In this document: positions 1 to 10,387 of the stretch, piece after piece | Numbering within the stretch: the first letter of the stretch is position 1 | Layout of the letters: the number at the start of each line of letters is the position of its first letter | From: a virus | Reading direction: 5' to 3' (one strand) | Length of the DNA stretch: 64,000 nucleotides | Virus record (IMG/VR): IMGVR_UViG_3300005337_000003 | Location: 65,799 to 129,798 of that record | Notes under the pieces: model-generated | The model's input: only the letters and a program-made list of their open reading frames with translations | Databases searched by the model: none | What the model was told of the DNA's origin: nothing | Position numbers and translations under genes: made by a program

Positions 1-2525
1 ACTGCGCCGCTATAACCAGCAGCCCGGATCTCTGCTACTATAATATCTTTACGATTCTGACTCTCGATCCACCGGGTCTTCGCATCAAACTCTAACTGCT
101 TCTCTTTTATCGCTGCCTCATTATTAGCCTTTTCAATCTCTAATTGTCTCTGATGTTGGGCTTCTACCTGTTCCTGCATGCGCTGTTTTATGCCATTCAT
201 CACATTAGATAATTCCCCTATTGAAGTTGCAGACTCTACATCCACCAAATCAAATATCTCAAAATTAGAAGTGTTATCTGAGCGTATTCTCTGCAATACA
301 GCGTCAACTACACCTCTGGAATATGAACTTGATTTAGGATAAACGTTGATTTGCCTGAGTTTTAATTCTGATCCATTTATCTGGAAATTTACTTTTTGTC
401 CGTGGGTGGTTGTGTATTGCAGGCGAACTGAGGGCTTGCTGGAATTATAATGCATTGCCAGGTCCGTCCGCATACCATGTACTCTAGGCATGAGCCAGTC
501 CGAATGCTGTACAAATATCATTTCAGTCTGGTTATATGAAGCGTTAAGGTTTTCCTCTACGCCTGTAGCTGTCTGGCGGCCTGTTTGCTGCCCCAATCGC
601 TGAGGATTTAATCCTACCGTAGAAAAAGCCGAAGATAAAAAAAACGCAGCCAATTCCATGCGAGACTTTAGCCTTCCGGTTTGGGAAAGATCTACTGACT
701 GAAGCTGCGAGTTTGAGGATGCTGCATCTTGTGTATGTTGAAGACGTTTATCAAGAGGCAACATCTGGTAATTACGCATGGTCGCGTAGGCTTTCGAATA
801 ATTATGCTTTCCCCAGTCATCACCCAAAGATTCAGTAGGCAACAGGTTTGGGTCAAACGCTACTACAGTCCCCAACTCATCCATAAGAATATCGGAAATC
901 TGGTTGTTGACAACATTGAAATTTATCTGGTAGGGCTCCATCAACTGTACCGGAGGTACAATCCGACCGTTGTAGTCGGAAAAAGTAGCTCCTTCAATAG
1001 GAAGACGAGCGCCGTATAAGGTACTGTCCTGATTAAATTGGTACCTGACAGGGCCAATCTTATTTTGATTAACCCCCAGATATATCGGATTGAAGCCAGT
1101 AACACCTGCTGGATTAACTGAAGACATGTTATTCCATGTAGGGATATTAGGTCCTATCTTGATAAATCCATATACCTGCGGAATCCAAGTCCAGTCAATA
1201 TGTTCACCGAATATCAATGTATCGGGATTCTCAACTGATATAAAAGTTTTGTTATACACTGGCTTATTGGTTATCACGTAACTCTCATCAACAATATCTA
1301 TTACCTGCTCCCCATTTTCCAAGATAGCTGTAAGCTTCCCTACCTTGCGCTGACTTTTCCAATACCCGGTAGTTACTCGGGCCATATAATTGGCTGGATC
1401 CTGAGTAGTATTGACCTGGTTTAATACTTTGTTGACAATACCGCCATCCATAATGTCCACCCCGGCAATACTTCGCTTCATATCCATGGAATAACGATCA
1501 TTTTCCTGTATGGTTTTAGATGTGTCGTACAGGGCGTCTTTGTCATAACCAGTTAAAGCATATCGGGTATTAGTGGTAGGATATATGGTCTCCATGCTCT
1601 TCTGCTGGTCTTCGTTCATCAACCACCCGAAATTATCTATAACATCAGGTACAGTTAAGAGAGAAACATTGATAGCTGCATACCCCTCGGAGTAATAATG
1701 CTTATCAGGAGACTTAAATATAGCAGTAAGTACAGGATTCCAGGATTCTACCACATAGTCATCTTCCAACATCCGAAAATGCCAGCACTCTTTATCGAGC
1801 TCAACAGAATATCTAAAATTACGGATCTCCTGCTCCTCCATATTAAAACGATCGATATCTACCTGTGTCTGGTGATCAGCCCACTGTTCAATATTGGAAC
1901 GGTAACTTGATTTGAACCAGGTTTGGATCTCGGGCAAAGATTTAGCCTGCTGCATTTGCTCCTGGTAGGCTTGCTGCCCTTCCGGGGAATCTATTGATAT
2001 ACCCATATCGGCCAGCTGGGCGTTAACCTTGGCTTCTGCCTCTGAGAGCAACACCTGGAGAACCTCATCACTCTTCATTTGCAGCAATTCATCATTGCTC
2101 CGCTCATCAGTTCCCTGGAACATGAATTCACTACGGCGCTGGGCAAACTCTGCCACAATAGAATTAACAAAAATGGGTGTGATCGGAAAAAACCTTAAAG
2201 AATCGTATCTTAAATCTTCGTCCGGCTGCATTAATATTTCCAATACATCCTGGTTTTGTGGATTGGTCGTAGGCATATAATCTGCCTTATCGATAACTCC
2301 TTTGGAAAGATTTATATTCTTTAATGCTCTCGGGGCAGTGATAAATATCTGCCTAAGTCCTTGCCATTCCCAATAATCAGCATTATTCTTAGCCCAATCG
2401 TCATCTTTTTCCTCACGGGGCAGAAATTGGAGGGGGGCTATAAAACTGCCTGTCTGGGTCCTGCCCCCTTTTAATTTTTTGCCCTGGGCTATCTCCGTGG
2501 AGGAGATTACAAGATTACCATCCAT
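1..2525 (-). CDS. Portal protein, crAss-like (3' end outside the window; absent from the ORF track)
   Basis: Manual translation from ATG at 2525: MDGNLVISSTEIAQGKKLKGG...FLPREEKDDDW...FFPITPIFVNSIVAEFAQR...; same frame at the window edge reads QNRKDIIVAEIRAAGYSGAV; directly after terL. Confidence 0.85.
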   Translation of the reverse strand, partial: MDGNLVISSTEIAQGKKLKGGRTQTGSFIAPLQFLPREEKDDDWAKNNADYWEWQGLRQIFITAPRALKNINLSKGVIDKADYMPTTNPQNQDVLEILMQPDEDLRYDSLRFFPITPIFVNSIVAEFAQRRSEFMFQGTDERSNDELLQMKSDEVLQVLLSEAEAKVNAQLADMGISIDSPEGQQAYQEQMQQAKSLPEIQTWFKSSYRSNIEQWADHQTQVDIDRFNMEEQEIRNFRYSVELDKECWHFRMLEDDYVVESWNPVLTAIFKSPDKHYYSEGYAAINVSLLTVPDVIDNFGWLMNEDQQKSMETIYPTTNTRYALTGYDKDALYDTSKTIQENDRYSMDMKRSIAGVDIMDGGIVNKVLNQVNTTQDPANYMARVTTGYWKSQRKVGKLTAILENGEQVIDIVDESYVITNKPVYNKTFISVENPDTLIFGEHIDWTWIPQVYGFIKIGPNIPTWNNMSSVNPAGVTGFNPIYLGVNQNKIGPVRYQFNQDSTLYGARLPIEGATFSDYNGRIVPPVQLMEPYQINFNVVNNQISDILMDELGTVVAFDPNLLPTESLGDDWGKHNYSKAYATMRNYQMLPLDKRLQHTQDAASSNSQLQSVDLSQTGRLKSRMELAAFFLSSAFSTVGLNPQRLGQQTGRQTATGVEENLNASYNQTEMIFVQHSDWLMPRVHGMRTDLAMHYNSSKPSVRLQYTTTHGQKVNFQINGSELKLRQINVYPKSSSYSRGVVDAVLQRIRSDNTSNFEIFDLVDVESATSIGELSNVMNGIKQRMQEQVEAQHQRQLEIEKANNEAAIKEKQLEFDAKTRWIESQNRKDIIVAEIRAAGYSGA

Positions 2526-2554
2526 TGTGTTGTGTGTTATACAAAAATAAGTAA

Positions 2555-4768
2555 TTATTTCAGATTCCGGAAGGGTTGTCTCTGTATAGCTCCATCCTCA
2601 TGGCTTCTCTGCTTAAAAAACTGCTTGGTAACTACAGGTGGGGGGGCCTTCGTTTTAGGGTTAGTATATATTTTCCTTTTGTTGTAACCATAATTAGCCA
2701 GGTAAATCTTCACATAAGCTACCAAAGCACAATAAGCTATAAGTCGGTCACAGTTGATACCTGGCACATAAGCTTCCGCCTCCTTCATGATCATTATGGA
2801 TGGTATCCGGTTTATTCCCCTAAGTACCACCACGTCCACACCTCCCTTATTAACAGTGTGTAGTTCTTCCTTCATGAAGCTGGTGCCATAGTTAATAAGG
2901 TGATTATCAAACATGCGGTTGGAATTATACCAACCGTAGTCCTGATAAGCATTAGAATTCGCCCCGATCTCAGCCAGAAATAGGATCTGCTTCTTAGGTA
3001 TAAGGTATTGCTGGCGGCGTTTACCAATCATATAAGTAATAAACTCTCCAACGTTATTTTCTACAACTGCTTTGGCCCCATACATCTCAAGTATCAACGA
3101 CGCCTGCTCAAAAGTCTCGTTAGGATCATCAAATCGGCCCGTCCACTCCAATGCTAGTTTACCAGGATGCACACTGCACTCGGCTGCCTCATCCCCCAGT
3201 TTCCAGACCTCCTCATCCATCCTGTAAACAAGAATACAGAATAATGATTCAGAATGTACGGTCTTGCCTGTCTTTACCGGGTCAATAGAAGCCACATAGG
3301 TTTTTCCGAACTCAAATCCCTCAACTGGCCTTTCATATACTTCCAGGCATCCTTCCTTATCCGGTGCTGTTTTTGATATCGGGTAATCCCTTATAGGCTT
3401 TTTAGCTGCTGTTTCAAACCTGGGCTTACCATCCTCCCCTCTTACAATTTTTAAATACTCAACAGGGAACTCACCATCCTCTATGCGTTGCTTCTGTTTT
3501 GCAATTAACTTCAACGGCCATAAGGATTCCTGGCGATAAGCGAAAGCTTCCCGGATAGAGAGTGGTCGCTGGGAGATATACATCTGGTAATTCTCCGGAT
3601 CCCGAAGCTCGGCCAGTTTTCGCCATTTATAAATCTCAGCAAGGGCTTTCTCTTTATTTGAATTACCCCACTCATCATAACACTTAAGTGCTTCTCCCAG
3701 TGTATTGCCTTGTTCATCCTCCTCTACGGAGGTATAATTCCACCATTCCGGAACGAAAAATCCAACCTCAGCGCCAAACTCTGCGTCATCCGGTATATTA
3801 TTCTCACAGGGTAGAAACCCGTAAACCGTTGGCTTGGTTACGAACTTCTTGAGTGGGGCAGCTGCAGTCAATTCCCCTACTGCCCCAGATACCATAACCA
3901 AACCTGTAATCAATCCTCCCATGGCAACGTTGGAAGATATGAACTCCATCGATTTATCTAAGGTGTCATTGGCGCCGGCCTCTTCCGCGTAGATAATAGA
4001 TGCATTTCCTCCAATGCCGTTTGTTGGGTCCCTGTGAGTGGTGAATCCTGCGATTATAGAATCATTGCCTTTATATGTGCCGTCGAGCTGTTTTAACCTT
4101 TGTTGCCAGTATATACCTTCTCCGGGATCAAAAGGTCTCCTAAACGCGCAGTGGTTATTAATGTGATTCCTATAACCTTCCATGAATACCCACGCATCTG
4201 TGACTTTAGATAAATCCTTAGCGAATATTTTACAAACTGCATTGTCTGAAAACCACGCGCGGCACAGAATTATGGCAATGTTTTTAAGCGTATACCCAGA
4301 TTGCCGCTTTTTAATCACTGCACTGTACTTACGCTCTATGATGCAGCGGTATATGTATAAAAAATAATGCAGATCTCCGTCCCATATATCTGCAAAATCT
4401 GGTCTGTTTTTTACCTTGTCGGGTATTGGGCAGTAATTGAGGTAAAAATAATAAACACCGGGAACGGCATATTCCAAACCCTCAGACGGCTTTTTATAAA
4501 TTATAAATCCAGAAAAATTACATTTTTCCTTTTCGAAATCCCAGTGTTTTCTGTAGTCCTTAGAGACCGTGCTATATACCGGGTAGGCTTTGGTATTTCT
4601 ATAAATATTAGCTTGCTCATTCCATACTCCTTCTGTATGTTTGAGGTTGTATTCCCCTGGGTATTTATATTTAGTCTTAATGAAGACAAACACATCTTTT
4701 CGAGTCTCGAAATCCGTGTATGACCACTCATTAGTATCTAGATCCAGTGTGGGGGCTCTTAGAAACAT
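2555..4768 (-). CDS. terL: Terminase large subunit
   Basis: 737 aa; KKRQSGYT Walker A, IYAEEAG Walker B, SIDPV and VVENN RNase H-like nuclease motifs. Confidence 0.92.
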   Translation of the reverse strand: MFLRAPTLDLDTNEWSYTDFETRKDVFVFIKTKYKYPGEYNLKHTEGVWNEQANIYRNTKAYPVYSTVSKDYRKHWDFEKEKCNFSGFIIYKKPSEGLEYAVPGVYYFYLNYCPIPDKVKNRPDFADIWDGDLHYFLYIYRCIIERKYSAVIKKRQSGYTLKNIAIILCRAWFSDNAVCKIFAKDLSKVTDAWVFMEGYRNHINNHCAFRRPFDPGEGIYWQQRLKQLDGTYKGNDSIIAGFTTHRDPTNGIGGNASIIYAEEAGANDTLDKSMEFISSNVAMGGLITGLVMVSGAVGELTAAAPLKKFVTKPTVYGFLPCENNIPDDAEFGAEVGFFVPEWWNYTSVEEDEQGNTLGEALKCYDEWGNSNKEKALAEIYKWRKLAELRDPENYQMYISQRPLSIREAFAYRQESLWPLKLIAKQKQRIEDGEFPVEYLKIVRGEDGKPRFETAAKKPIRDYPISKTAPDKEGCLEVYERPVEGFEFGKTYVASIDPVKTGKTVHSESLFCILVYRMDEEVWKLGDEAAECSVHPGKLALEWTGRFDDPNETFEQASLILEMYGAKAVVENNVGEFITYMIGKRRQQYLIPKKQILFLAEIGANSNAYQDYGWYNSNRMFDNHLINYGTSFMKEELHTVNKGGVDVVVLRGINRIPSIMIMKEAEAYVPGINCDRLIAYCALVAYVKIYLANYGYNKRKIYTNPKTKAPPPVVTKQFFKQRSHEDGAIQRQPFRNLK

Positions 4769-4791
4769 TTAGTGTGTTGTGTGTCTAAATT

Positions 4792-5310
4792 TTATTGGTC
4801 GTAGCCTGGCTGAAAACTTCCCCTATTTTTATTAGCCTTCATTTCTTCCAGTTCCTTCTCCACTTCCTTCTCTAATTTTCTAAACTCGGCTATCGTGGTG
4901 CCTGCTGATTTTATCTGAGCCTGGAGAGCTGACAAGTTCCCATCCCTTCCGTCAGTGATAGCCGCAGTGCCCGCATAATTTCCCACTTTCTCCAATAGCT
5001 TCTTGGTGGCCTTATAGTATCTCTGAACCGGCGTGATCTTCTCCTCGAACCACTCGCAGGCGTTTACCATAGCGGTATCCTCTAAAGTGTATTCCCCGGG
5101 AAAATCTTTAAGCACCCTATTCTGGATCTCATCCTCCGGATAATCGGCATACGGCCCCTGTATATCGTAGTAATATCTCAGGTACTGCAGGGCAGGTATC
5201 GGGTCCGTGTAAGCTTCCTTGACAGCCCGGAGTACCGGTATGCTTAATACGTGCACATTGATGGCAACTTTGCCATCAACTACTTCAAATAGCTCTCGAA
5301 AGTCGAACAT
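4792..5310 (-). CDS. Conserved crAss-like protein upstream of terL (possible packaging accessory)
   Basis: 172 aa; ITDGRDGNL motif; position typical of the crAss-like packaging block. Confidence 0.6.
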   Translation of the reverse strand: MFDFRELFEVVDGKVAINVHVLSIPVLRAVKEAYTDPIPALQYLRYYYDIQGPYADYPEDEIQNRVLKDFPGEYTLEDTAMVNACEWFEEKITPVQRYYKATKKLLEKVGNYAGTAAITDGRDGNLSALQAQIKSAGTTIAEFRKLEKEVEKELEEMKANKNRGSFQPGYDQ

Positions 5311-6121
5311 GGTTATTTTCTTTAATGTAGCTAATTCCTATTTCTACTTCTCTTTTCATGTAAGGCACATGGACATCTTCTATGTCCTTGATAATTGGCT
5401 CTCCGTTTTCGTCATATCTTACCAATGGGTAACCGTATTTATCCAAGCCCTCTAATTCAAAGGTAACATATTCTATTGTTAATTCCTCTACTGTGATCTG
5501 GGGATTGTGCCTGGAGATCATGTAGGCGCCTAAACTCAGCTGTAAGGCATAATCGGTAAGGTGAGTATCGTCCAAGTGCCTTAGCGGAGGATTCAGTTTT
5601 TTGGTCTCACCCTTCCAGTTCACATAAGCTGGCTCTTTTAAATTCTTGTTGGTTTTATAGTCCCGCATGTACAGCTTGGAATCTTTTATAATGGGCTTAT
5701 CGAATTGTCCGCAAGTACCGGCGGAGGCAATATATGTCAAATGCTCTGGGTAGACACCATCCTGTAATTTCTGATTAGGGGCGATCTTTACACCATTATC
5801 CCAAATAGGAGAAATCACAGGCAATTCTACACCCTTAAATGTGTACGTTGGGGAAGATAGCAGTAGCCTTTCCTGTTTGTCGTGATACCAGTTGCCTAGT
5901 TTTATGGATCTTGCATTCTCTTCCTTCCATATACGTTGTATTTCTTCAGGTGGAATTCCGTACCATTTGGATTTTTTAGATTTAGTAGAACTTAGCGATG
6001 TTTCTACCGGGTCAAATTTATCTTTGAATAGGCTACAGAATTTAGAAGCTGATAACCATTGAATGGTGGAGGCTGTATCGATATTCTCGTAATAATGCTT
6101 GTCTGGATAAAACCTTATCAT
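5285..6121 (-). CDS. PD-(D/E)XK (Cas4-like) nuclease
   Basis: GTCGQFD...MRDYKTNK...YALQLSLGAY motifs. Confidence 0.8.
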   Translation of the reverse strand: MIRFYPDKHYYENIDTASTIQWLSASKFCSLFKDKFDPVETSLSSTKSKKSKWYGIPPEEIQRIWKEENARSIKLGNWYHDKQERLLLSSPTYTFKGVELPVISPIWDNGVKIAPNQKLQDGVYPEHLTYIASAGTCGQFDKPIIKDSKLYMRDYKTNKNLKEPAYVNWKGETKKLNPPLRHLDDTHLTDYALQLSLGAYMISRHNPQITVEELTIEYVTFELEGLDKYGYPLVRYDENGEPIIKDIEDVHVPYMKREVEIGISYIKENNHVRLSRAI

Positions 6122-6492
6122 GTGTCGCGGTAATTGGCTTTTTGTTTTAGTTTTTGTTCCTGCTCATAATCCATAATTTCATCCCATAAGAAGTGACGTC
6201 CTTCTTCTTTCTTAAGAGAGCAGCTGCATGATAAGCAATGCGTCATGTATTTTATATTACAACCGCAGAAGCCACACGCAGGCTTTCCTTTTAACTCTAC
6301 AATATCCGCTGATCCGAATTTGTCGTAAAACCCGCAAACGTTACCCTCGCATATCTTGCGGCGCTCTGCTGCTATTCTTTTTATGTGCTGTTTGGGGAAA
6401 GTGCTATTCCACCACCCCTCCAGTATTTTCCACTTGCTTCTCCAGATTAGTCTGTAATTTATCGCCATACATTTTAATATTTCTATCTTCAA
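6118..6492 (-). CDS. Cys-rich putative Zn-binding protein
   Basis: RRKICEGNVC, CGFCGC, CLSCSC. Confidence 0.6.
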   Translation of the reverse strand: MKIEILKCMAINYRLIWRSKWKILEGWWNSTFPKQHIKRIAAERRKICEGNVCGFYDKFGSADIVELKGKPACGFCGCNIKYMTHCLSCSCSLKKEEGRHFLWDEIMDYEQEQKLKQKANYRDT

Positions 6493-6817
6493 AATATTTC
6501 TTTACTTCGGGTTCAAACCCCTTCATAATCTCCGCCCGTCTTTCCAATTCTAATCGTATCATCAGACTTCGTTCGTCAGTAAATTGACTGAATTTAGCTA
6601 TCAGCTTATTGATTACTTTTTGCCTGGTGAAAAATTTAATAGGCCTAAGTCTGATTATGCCAAGCCCGTGCACTCTAAACTGTATTGCCTGATAATTCAC
6701 CATGTCAGCCTTCAATTTACCATAATAATACTCAATTACATCCTGGATGTATTCCTCAGGCAAGTTCAGCTTGTCGGCTGTTTTTCTGAACAGCTCTTTC
6801 GGGTCCGTTGGATTCAA
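6404..6817 (-). CDS. IHF/HU-like DNA-binding protein
   Basis: KELFRKTADKLNLPEEYIQDVIEYYY...FRVHGLGIIRLR resembles the HU/IHF fold. Confidence 0.6.
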   Translation of the reverse strand: MNPTDPKELFRKTADKLNLPEEYIQDVIEYYYGKLKADMVNYQAIQFRVHGLGIIRLRPIKFFTRQKVINKLIAKFSQFTDERSLMIRLELERRAEIMKGFEPEVKKYFEDRNIKMYGDKLQTNLEKQVENTGGVVE

Positions 6818-7238
6818 TGTGCATCAATGTTATGTTAACTACTATATTCCCCTTGGTCAAAATGTTGGCTCCTGGATCCAGGTATATAATCTTCTTACCT
6901 ATTCCCTCCTTCTTAAGTATGGGAACTCTTTGGAGTTTATTGAGGGCAGTCTGTACCGATTGGGGAGAACTCAGTATACCCCGCTTAGCTGCCTCCTCAC
7001 AGAAAAATGTAACACGGCACTCCCCAAGCTCTCCTAGTAGGGATAAAAGCATCAACTCCGTATAATTCAGTATGATATTTTTTATAAAGCAATATTGCAT
7101 AATCTGATAACGTATGATTTCAGATCTGCTGCATTTGACACGCTTATTGACGGAGGTGGCGCCTCCCACCACCTGGCTATGCTGTTCCACTCTTAGTTTC
7201 CTCCTTTCCTTCCTTCGTGCTTTGTTCCTTCTGGGCAT
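6756..7238 (-). CDS. Winged-helix-like protein of the crAss-like IHF block (true start probably GTG ~7172)
   Basis: SPQSVQTALNKL...KKIIYLDP...KGNIVV pattern; 5' part of the ORF overlaps the previous gene. Confidence 0.55.
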   Translation of the reverse strand: MPRRNKARRKERRKLRVEQHSQVVGGATSVNKRVKCSRSEIIRYQIMQYCFIKNIILNYTELMLLSLLGELGECRVTFFCEEAAKRGILSSPQSVQTALNKLQRVPILKKEGIGKKIIYLDPGANILTKGNIVVNITLMHIESNGPERAVQKNSRQAELA

Positions 7239-7431
7239 TCTCTAAAGCATCCTTCTGCATCTGCAGTAACTGCAAATACCTGATATTGTAATGCTCCCGG
7301 TTGTATCGGTGCTCCATTATTTTAGCCTTAGCCTCCCAGTATTTCTCCTCCAGTTGTAGACTGGGCAGTTCTTTTTCCAAGCCTGATAGGTATTTCTCCC
7401 GGGCCTTAGGATCTGGTTGTTGATTTTCCAT
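7177..7431 (-). CDS. Small coiled-coil hypothetical protein
   Basis: 84 aa, promoter directly upstream. Confidence 0.65.
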   Translation of the reverse strand: MENQQPDPKAREKYLSGLEKELPSLQLEEKYWEAKAKIMEHRYNREHYNIRYLQLLQMQKDALENAQKEQSTKEGKEETKSGTA

Positions 7432-7435
7432 AAGG

Positions 7436-7467
7436 CAAATATAATACCACTTTATTACTTATGCAAA
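7436..7467 (-). promoter_or_regulatory. Bacteroidota sigma-A-type promoter
   Basis: TTTG-N20-TATATTTG, 4 nt before ATG. Confidence 0.7.
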
Positions 7468-7523
7468 TAAAAGTTTTACTTTTTTAGTAAAATAGTATAA
7501 ATGTAATATTGCTAATCAATAAA

Positions 7524-7553
7524 AACCCCAGGCACTTAATGACTGGGGCTTTT
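7524..7553. terminator. Intrinsic terminator-like hairpin
   Basis: CCCCAG/CTGGGG stem flanked by A and T tracts, downstream of the lysis genes. Confidence 0.55.
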
Positions 7554-7569
7554 CGCGGGGTCTCAACTG

Positions 7570-8118
7570 TTAGTGTCTCCATAATTTCCAGGCTCCCAGG
7601 CCCAGGAGCACCAAGATAGCCAGTCTACCTGCATATAGCTGGAAAATCTCAAAATCAGTAATATGCCGCCTATCACACCTGGCTGGAACCTCCACCTCCC
7701 TGTAATGCTCGGGCACGGTTGTCGTAACTACCGCTTTGGTTTTAAGACTGTCCACTGGGGTTGCTATGGACAGGGATCCACCCTGTACAGAAATAGTAGC
7801 TGTCGAGCCTACAGATGTCTTAACTTCTTTCCTAAACTCCTGCCTAAGATGCCCAAACTCATCACAGAGTTCAGCGCAGGGATTAGGAATAAACTCCCGG
7901 ATTTTAATCGTGTCCTTGATCATTACCGGAATTTCCTGCTCCACAGTCCTAATAACAATACTATCTTTTGTCCTGACGGGGCACTTCAAGCATGGATCAA
8001 TGGTCCTGCATGCACTAATTAATAGGATCAGAAGGCTTATCAAGCCTATTTGAATTTGTCTCATTTTGTTTGACTTTATCATTGTGTACCTGGCTGCTTC
8101 CAAAGTAAAATCCAACAA
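7570..8118 (-). CDS. Lipoprotein/spanin-like membrane protein
   Basis: LILLISAC lipobox-like signal, C-terminal TM helix; follows holin and endolysin. Confidence 0.55.
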   Translation of the reverse strand: MLDFTLEAARYTMIKSNKMRQIQIGLISLLILLISACRTIDPCLKCPVRTKDSIVIRTVEQEIPVMIKDTIKIREFIPNPCAELCDEFGHLRQEFRKEVKTSVGSTATISVQGGSLSIATPVDSLKTKAVVTTTVPEHYREVEVPARCDRRHITDFEIFQLYAGRLAILVLLGLGAWKLWRH

Positions 8119-8302
8119 TCAACATGGTAATGTTAGTCACACTATTAACTATGGTGATAGTGGTACTTTCGGTAGAGGCTGCCTGTTTAAAAAGCACCCA
8201 ATAGAATATACGAAAGGTAAAAAGGATAAACATCAGAGCTATTAAAGCTGTAATGTTCTCATTTAGCCATCCTTTTTTGGATTTTAATTTGTCTAAATTC
8301 AT
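8015..8302 (-). CDS. Holin-like protein
   Basis: Two TM segments, GFYFGSS motif. Confidence 0.65.
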   Translation of the reverse strand: MNLDKLKSKKGWLNENITALIALMFILFTFRIFYWVLFKQAASTESTTITIVNSVTNITMLIVGFYFGSSQVHNDKVKQNETNSNRLDKPSDPIN

Positions 8303-8847
8303 AAAGTTAAGACACCTTCAAGTTTTTCAATAATATGGGGCCGTATAAATATAGCACGCCTATATCTCCTATCAGCCCGCAACATAAACTCCCCTCCGTT
8401 ACTGTTATTCTTAAAAGAGGTATTACCCTCATAACAACAAAATAACTCAGTATTTATAGCTCCAGCAAATATTCCAGTGTGGTCAAATTTACCATCTCCC
8501 TCCCAATCAAAAATTGCAATGTCTCCCGGGAGGGGGTCGGTCACCTGACGTCCCCACGTTGGTAAATGAGAAACAGCATAAGGACAGTTCGCATAACCTC
8601 TGGTGTATCCTATATTACCCAAAGGAGCTCCTGCTTGTGCCATTATCCAAGATACAGCTGTAGCACACCACGGATATGTAGACCCCTGCTTATCGCCGTC
8701 AAATACCTCACGACCATAAAACCAAGTATTGAACTTTACATTATTACTACCTGGCGGGTTCTCAAAAATACCCACCTGCTGTTTAGCCACTTCCAAGATC
8801 TTCCTGCGTATGGGACTTAAAGTGCTTACATCCAACCTGGCCTCCAT
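8299..8847 (-). CDS. CHAP-domain endolysin
   Basis: PWCATAVSW...DHTGIF...EGNTS. Confidence 0.85.
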   Translation of the reverse strand: MEARLDVSTLSPIRRKILEVAKQQVGIFENPPGSNNVKFNTWFYGREVFDGDKQGSTYPWCATAVSWIMAQAGAPLGNIGYTRGYANCPYAVSHLPTWGRQVTDPLPGDIAIFDWEGDGKFDHTGIFAGAINTELFCCYEGNTSFKNNSNGGEFMLRADRRYRRAIFIRPHIIEKLEGVLTL

Positions 8848-8850
8848 AAT

Positions 8851-9189
8851 CTATTTATTTTTATTCTTCAGATAATTCAAAATGTACTCAAGTAAATCAT
8901 CCACCCTTAAAGTATATACCAGCCAATTTCCTACCTTTTCTCCCACTATGGTAATAGCTCCTATCACAATTGGGGAAACAGCATCGTCGAAAGATCGGAG
9001 CACCCACTTTCCTGACAAGAAAGCTGATCCCACTCCAATAACGAAAGAAAGTATAATGTTAAGCATAGATACTTTTTCTTTCTTCATTTGGATTGCTATC
9101 TTAACGCTCATAGCCACGCAGGCCACCAGTACCACCTTTACTAGGAAGTTCAGCCATTCGTTGGGAATATTCTTAAGTTTTTCTAACAT
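8851..9189 (-). CDS. Holin-like membrane protein
   Basis: 112 aa, three hydrophobic segments. Confidence 0.55.
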   Translation of the reverse strand: MLEKLKNIPNEWLNFLVKVVLVACVAMSVKIAIQMKKEKVSMLNIILSFVIGVGSAFLSGKWVLRSFDDAVSPIVIGAITIVGEKVGNWLVYTLRVDDLLEYILNYLKNKNK

Positions 9190-9664
9190 CTAGTACTCTG
9201 AGATTATATAAAAAAGTAATAAAAACAATTCCAATAACGACCCAATCATTCCATGTGAATACAGTAATGTCAAACCATACCCTATCCACAAAATCTCCTA
9301 CAGCAAACTCAATAGCTACATTCAGAAAAAGCGAAGAATAAACACTCACTTCCACTGGAATCTCTCGTAAAAAATTAATCTTTCTTATACCTAACATTAA
9401 TGTAAGTAAAAATAGAATAGAATTTATCCGAGTTCTGGTCTTCCACCAAACTTCAAGGGCCTGAGCCCTGTCATTGTTTTCAGATTCTACCCACTTGAAT
9501 AATCCCTTTACTCCGATATTTTTATGACTATCGGAGTATTCGATAAATTCAGACCCAAGGACATTAGTTCCGTTTGGCAAATAAATAAGCGTACAAACAT
9601 GCGAATGAGTAGTAAAAATCAAAGGCACGAGTACGCTTATAAATAGGTGGATCCTCTTAACCAC
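9173..9664 (-). CDS. Membrane protein
   Basis: Several TM segments. Confidence 0.55.
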   Translation of the reverse strand: MVKRIHLFISVLVPLIFTTHSHVCTLIYLPNGTNVLGSEFIEYSDSHKNIGVKGLFKWVESENNDRAQALEVWWKTRTRINSILFLLTLMLGIRKINFLREIPVEVSVYSSLFLNVAIEFAVGDFVDRVWFDITVFTWNDWVVIGIVFITFLYNLRVLDVRKT

Positions 9665-9923
9665 GGGTTTTAGGATAGGGCTGGTCTGGGTTTACTGTAT
9701 AGCTGACTGCGTATACGTCCTCTCCGAAAGATTCCTGGTCGGATATTTGGCTACAGTCCCAATAAAGATCATTAAGGTGATCTAGGGCTTCCTCTTTTTC
9801 TCCCTGTGTAGACTGGTCATCTGAAAGTACAGCTATTGCAGATTCTCCTGTACCTTTTTCGGGTCCAGAAGTCCAGCCTGATATTTCAGAGCTTAAATTT
9901 GATAATGCTTCTTCGTAAGTCAT
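9657..9923 (-). CDS. Small acidic hypothetical protein
   Basis: 88 aa, overlaps the next start codon. Confidence 0.55.
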   Translation of the reverse strand: MTYEEALSNLSSEISGWTSGPEKGTGESAIAVLSDDQSTQGEKEEALDHLNDLYWDCSQISDQESFGEDVYAVSYTVNPDQPYPKTRG

Positions 9924-9937
9924 GTTTTATTTTTGTT

Positions 9938-10366
9938 TTAGGTTAATTGTAAATCTATTTTATCCCATTCTAGTTGTCCCTCGTTCCAGACATAATAACT
10001 TCCATCCGAAGGGTAATCTAATGGAGGTTTCCATATCGCCAAATGCTCGTCAAACAACCACGAATTATATGGCTGAACTGGCGCGAATGCCTGTAGGCTC
10101 TCAATCCACCATCCCCCACTAGCTGCATAGTTCTTTCTAAACCCTTTGCTTCTTGCGTTTTTAGAAGTCTGGCGATATATGAAACGGTTGTTAGGAAAGT
10201 TTTTAGCTCCCCATGATTGCAAAAAAGCAATTCCCCTTGCCTCCAGCTCTTCTCCTCCCTCGCAAAGCCTGGAATCTGACACTCTAATCACATGAACCAC
10301 ATACATTCCTGTATGCTGTCCGCAAGGCATGGTCTGCTGTGTATCTATAATTGCAAAATGTGCCAT
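9938..10366 (-). CDS. Tail-fibre-associated (assembly chaperone-like) protein
   Basis: MAHFA...FRKNYA...QPYNSW...WKPPLDYP.DG..Y.WNE pattern seen beside Gly-rich fibre genes. Confidence 0.6.
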   Translation of the reverse strand: MAHFAIIDTQQTMPCGQHTGMYVVHVIRVSDSRLCEGGEELEARGIAFLQSWGAKNFPNNRFIYRQTSKNARSKGFRKNYAASGGWWIESLQAFAPVQPYNSWLFDEHLAIWKPPLDYPSDGSYYVWNEGQLEWDKIDLQLT

Positions 10367-10387
10367 AGGCTATAATACATAGTCAAT

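Noticed and set aside
1-4768. Intein or intron in terL or portal
   Set aside because: TerL is continuous with plausible length and no splicing motifs; portal was translated only at both ends, where the frame is consistent
7570-9189. Lysis cassette as a novel system
   Set aside because: Ordinary holin/CHAP endolysin/spanin-like arrangement
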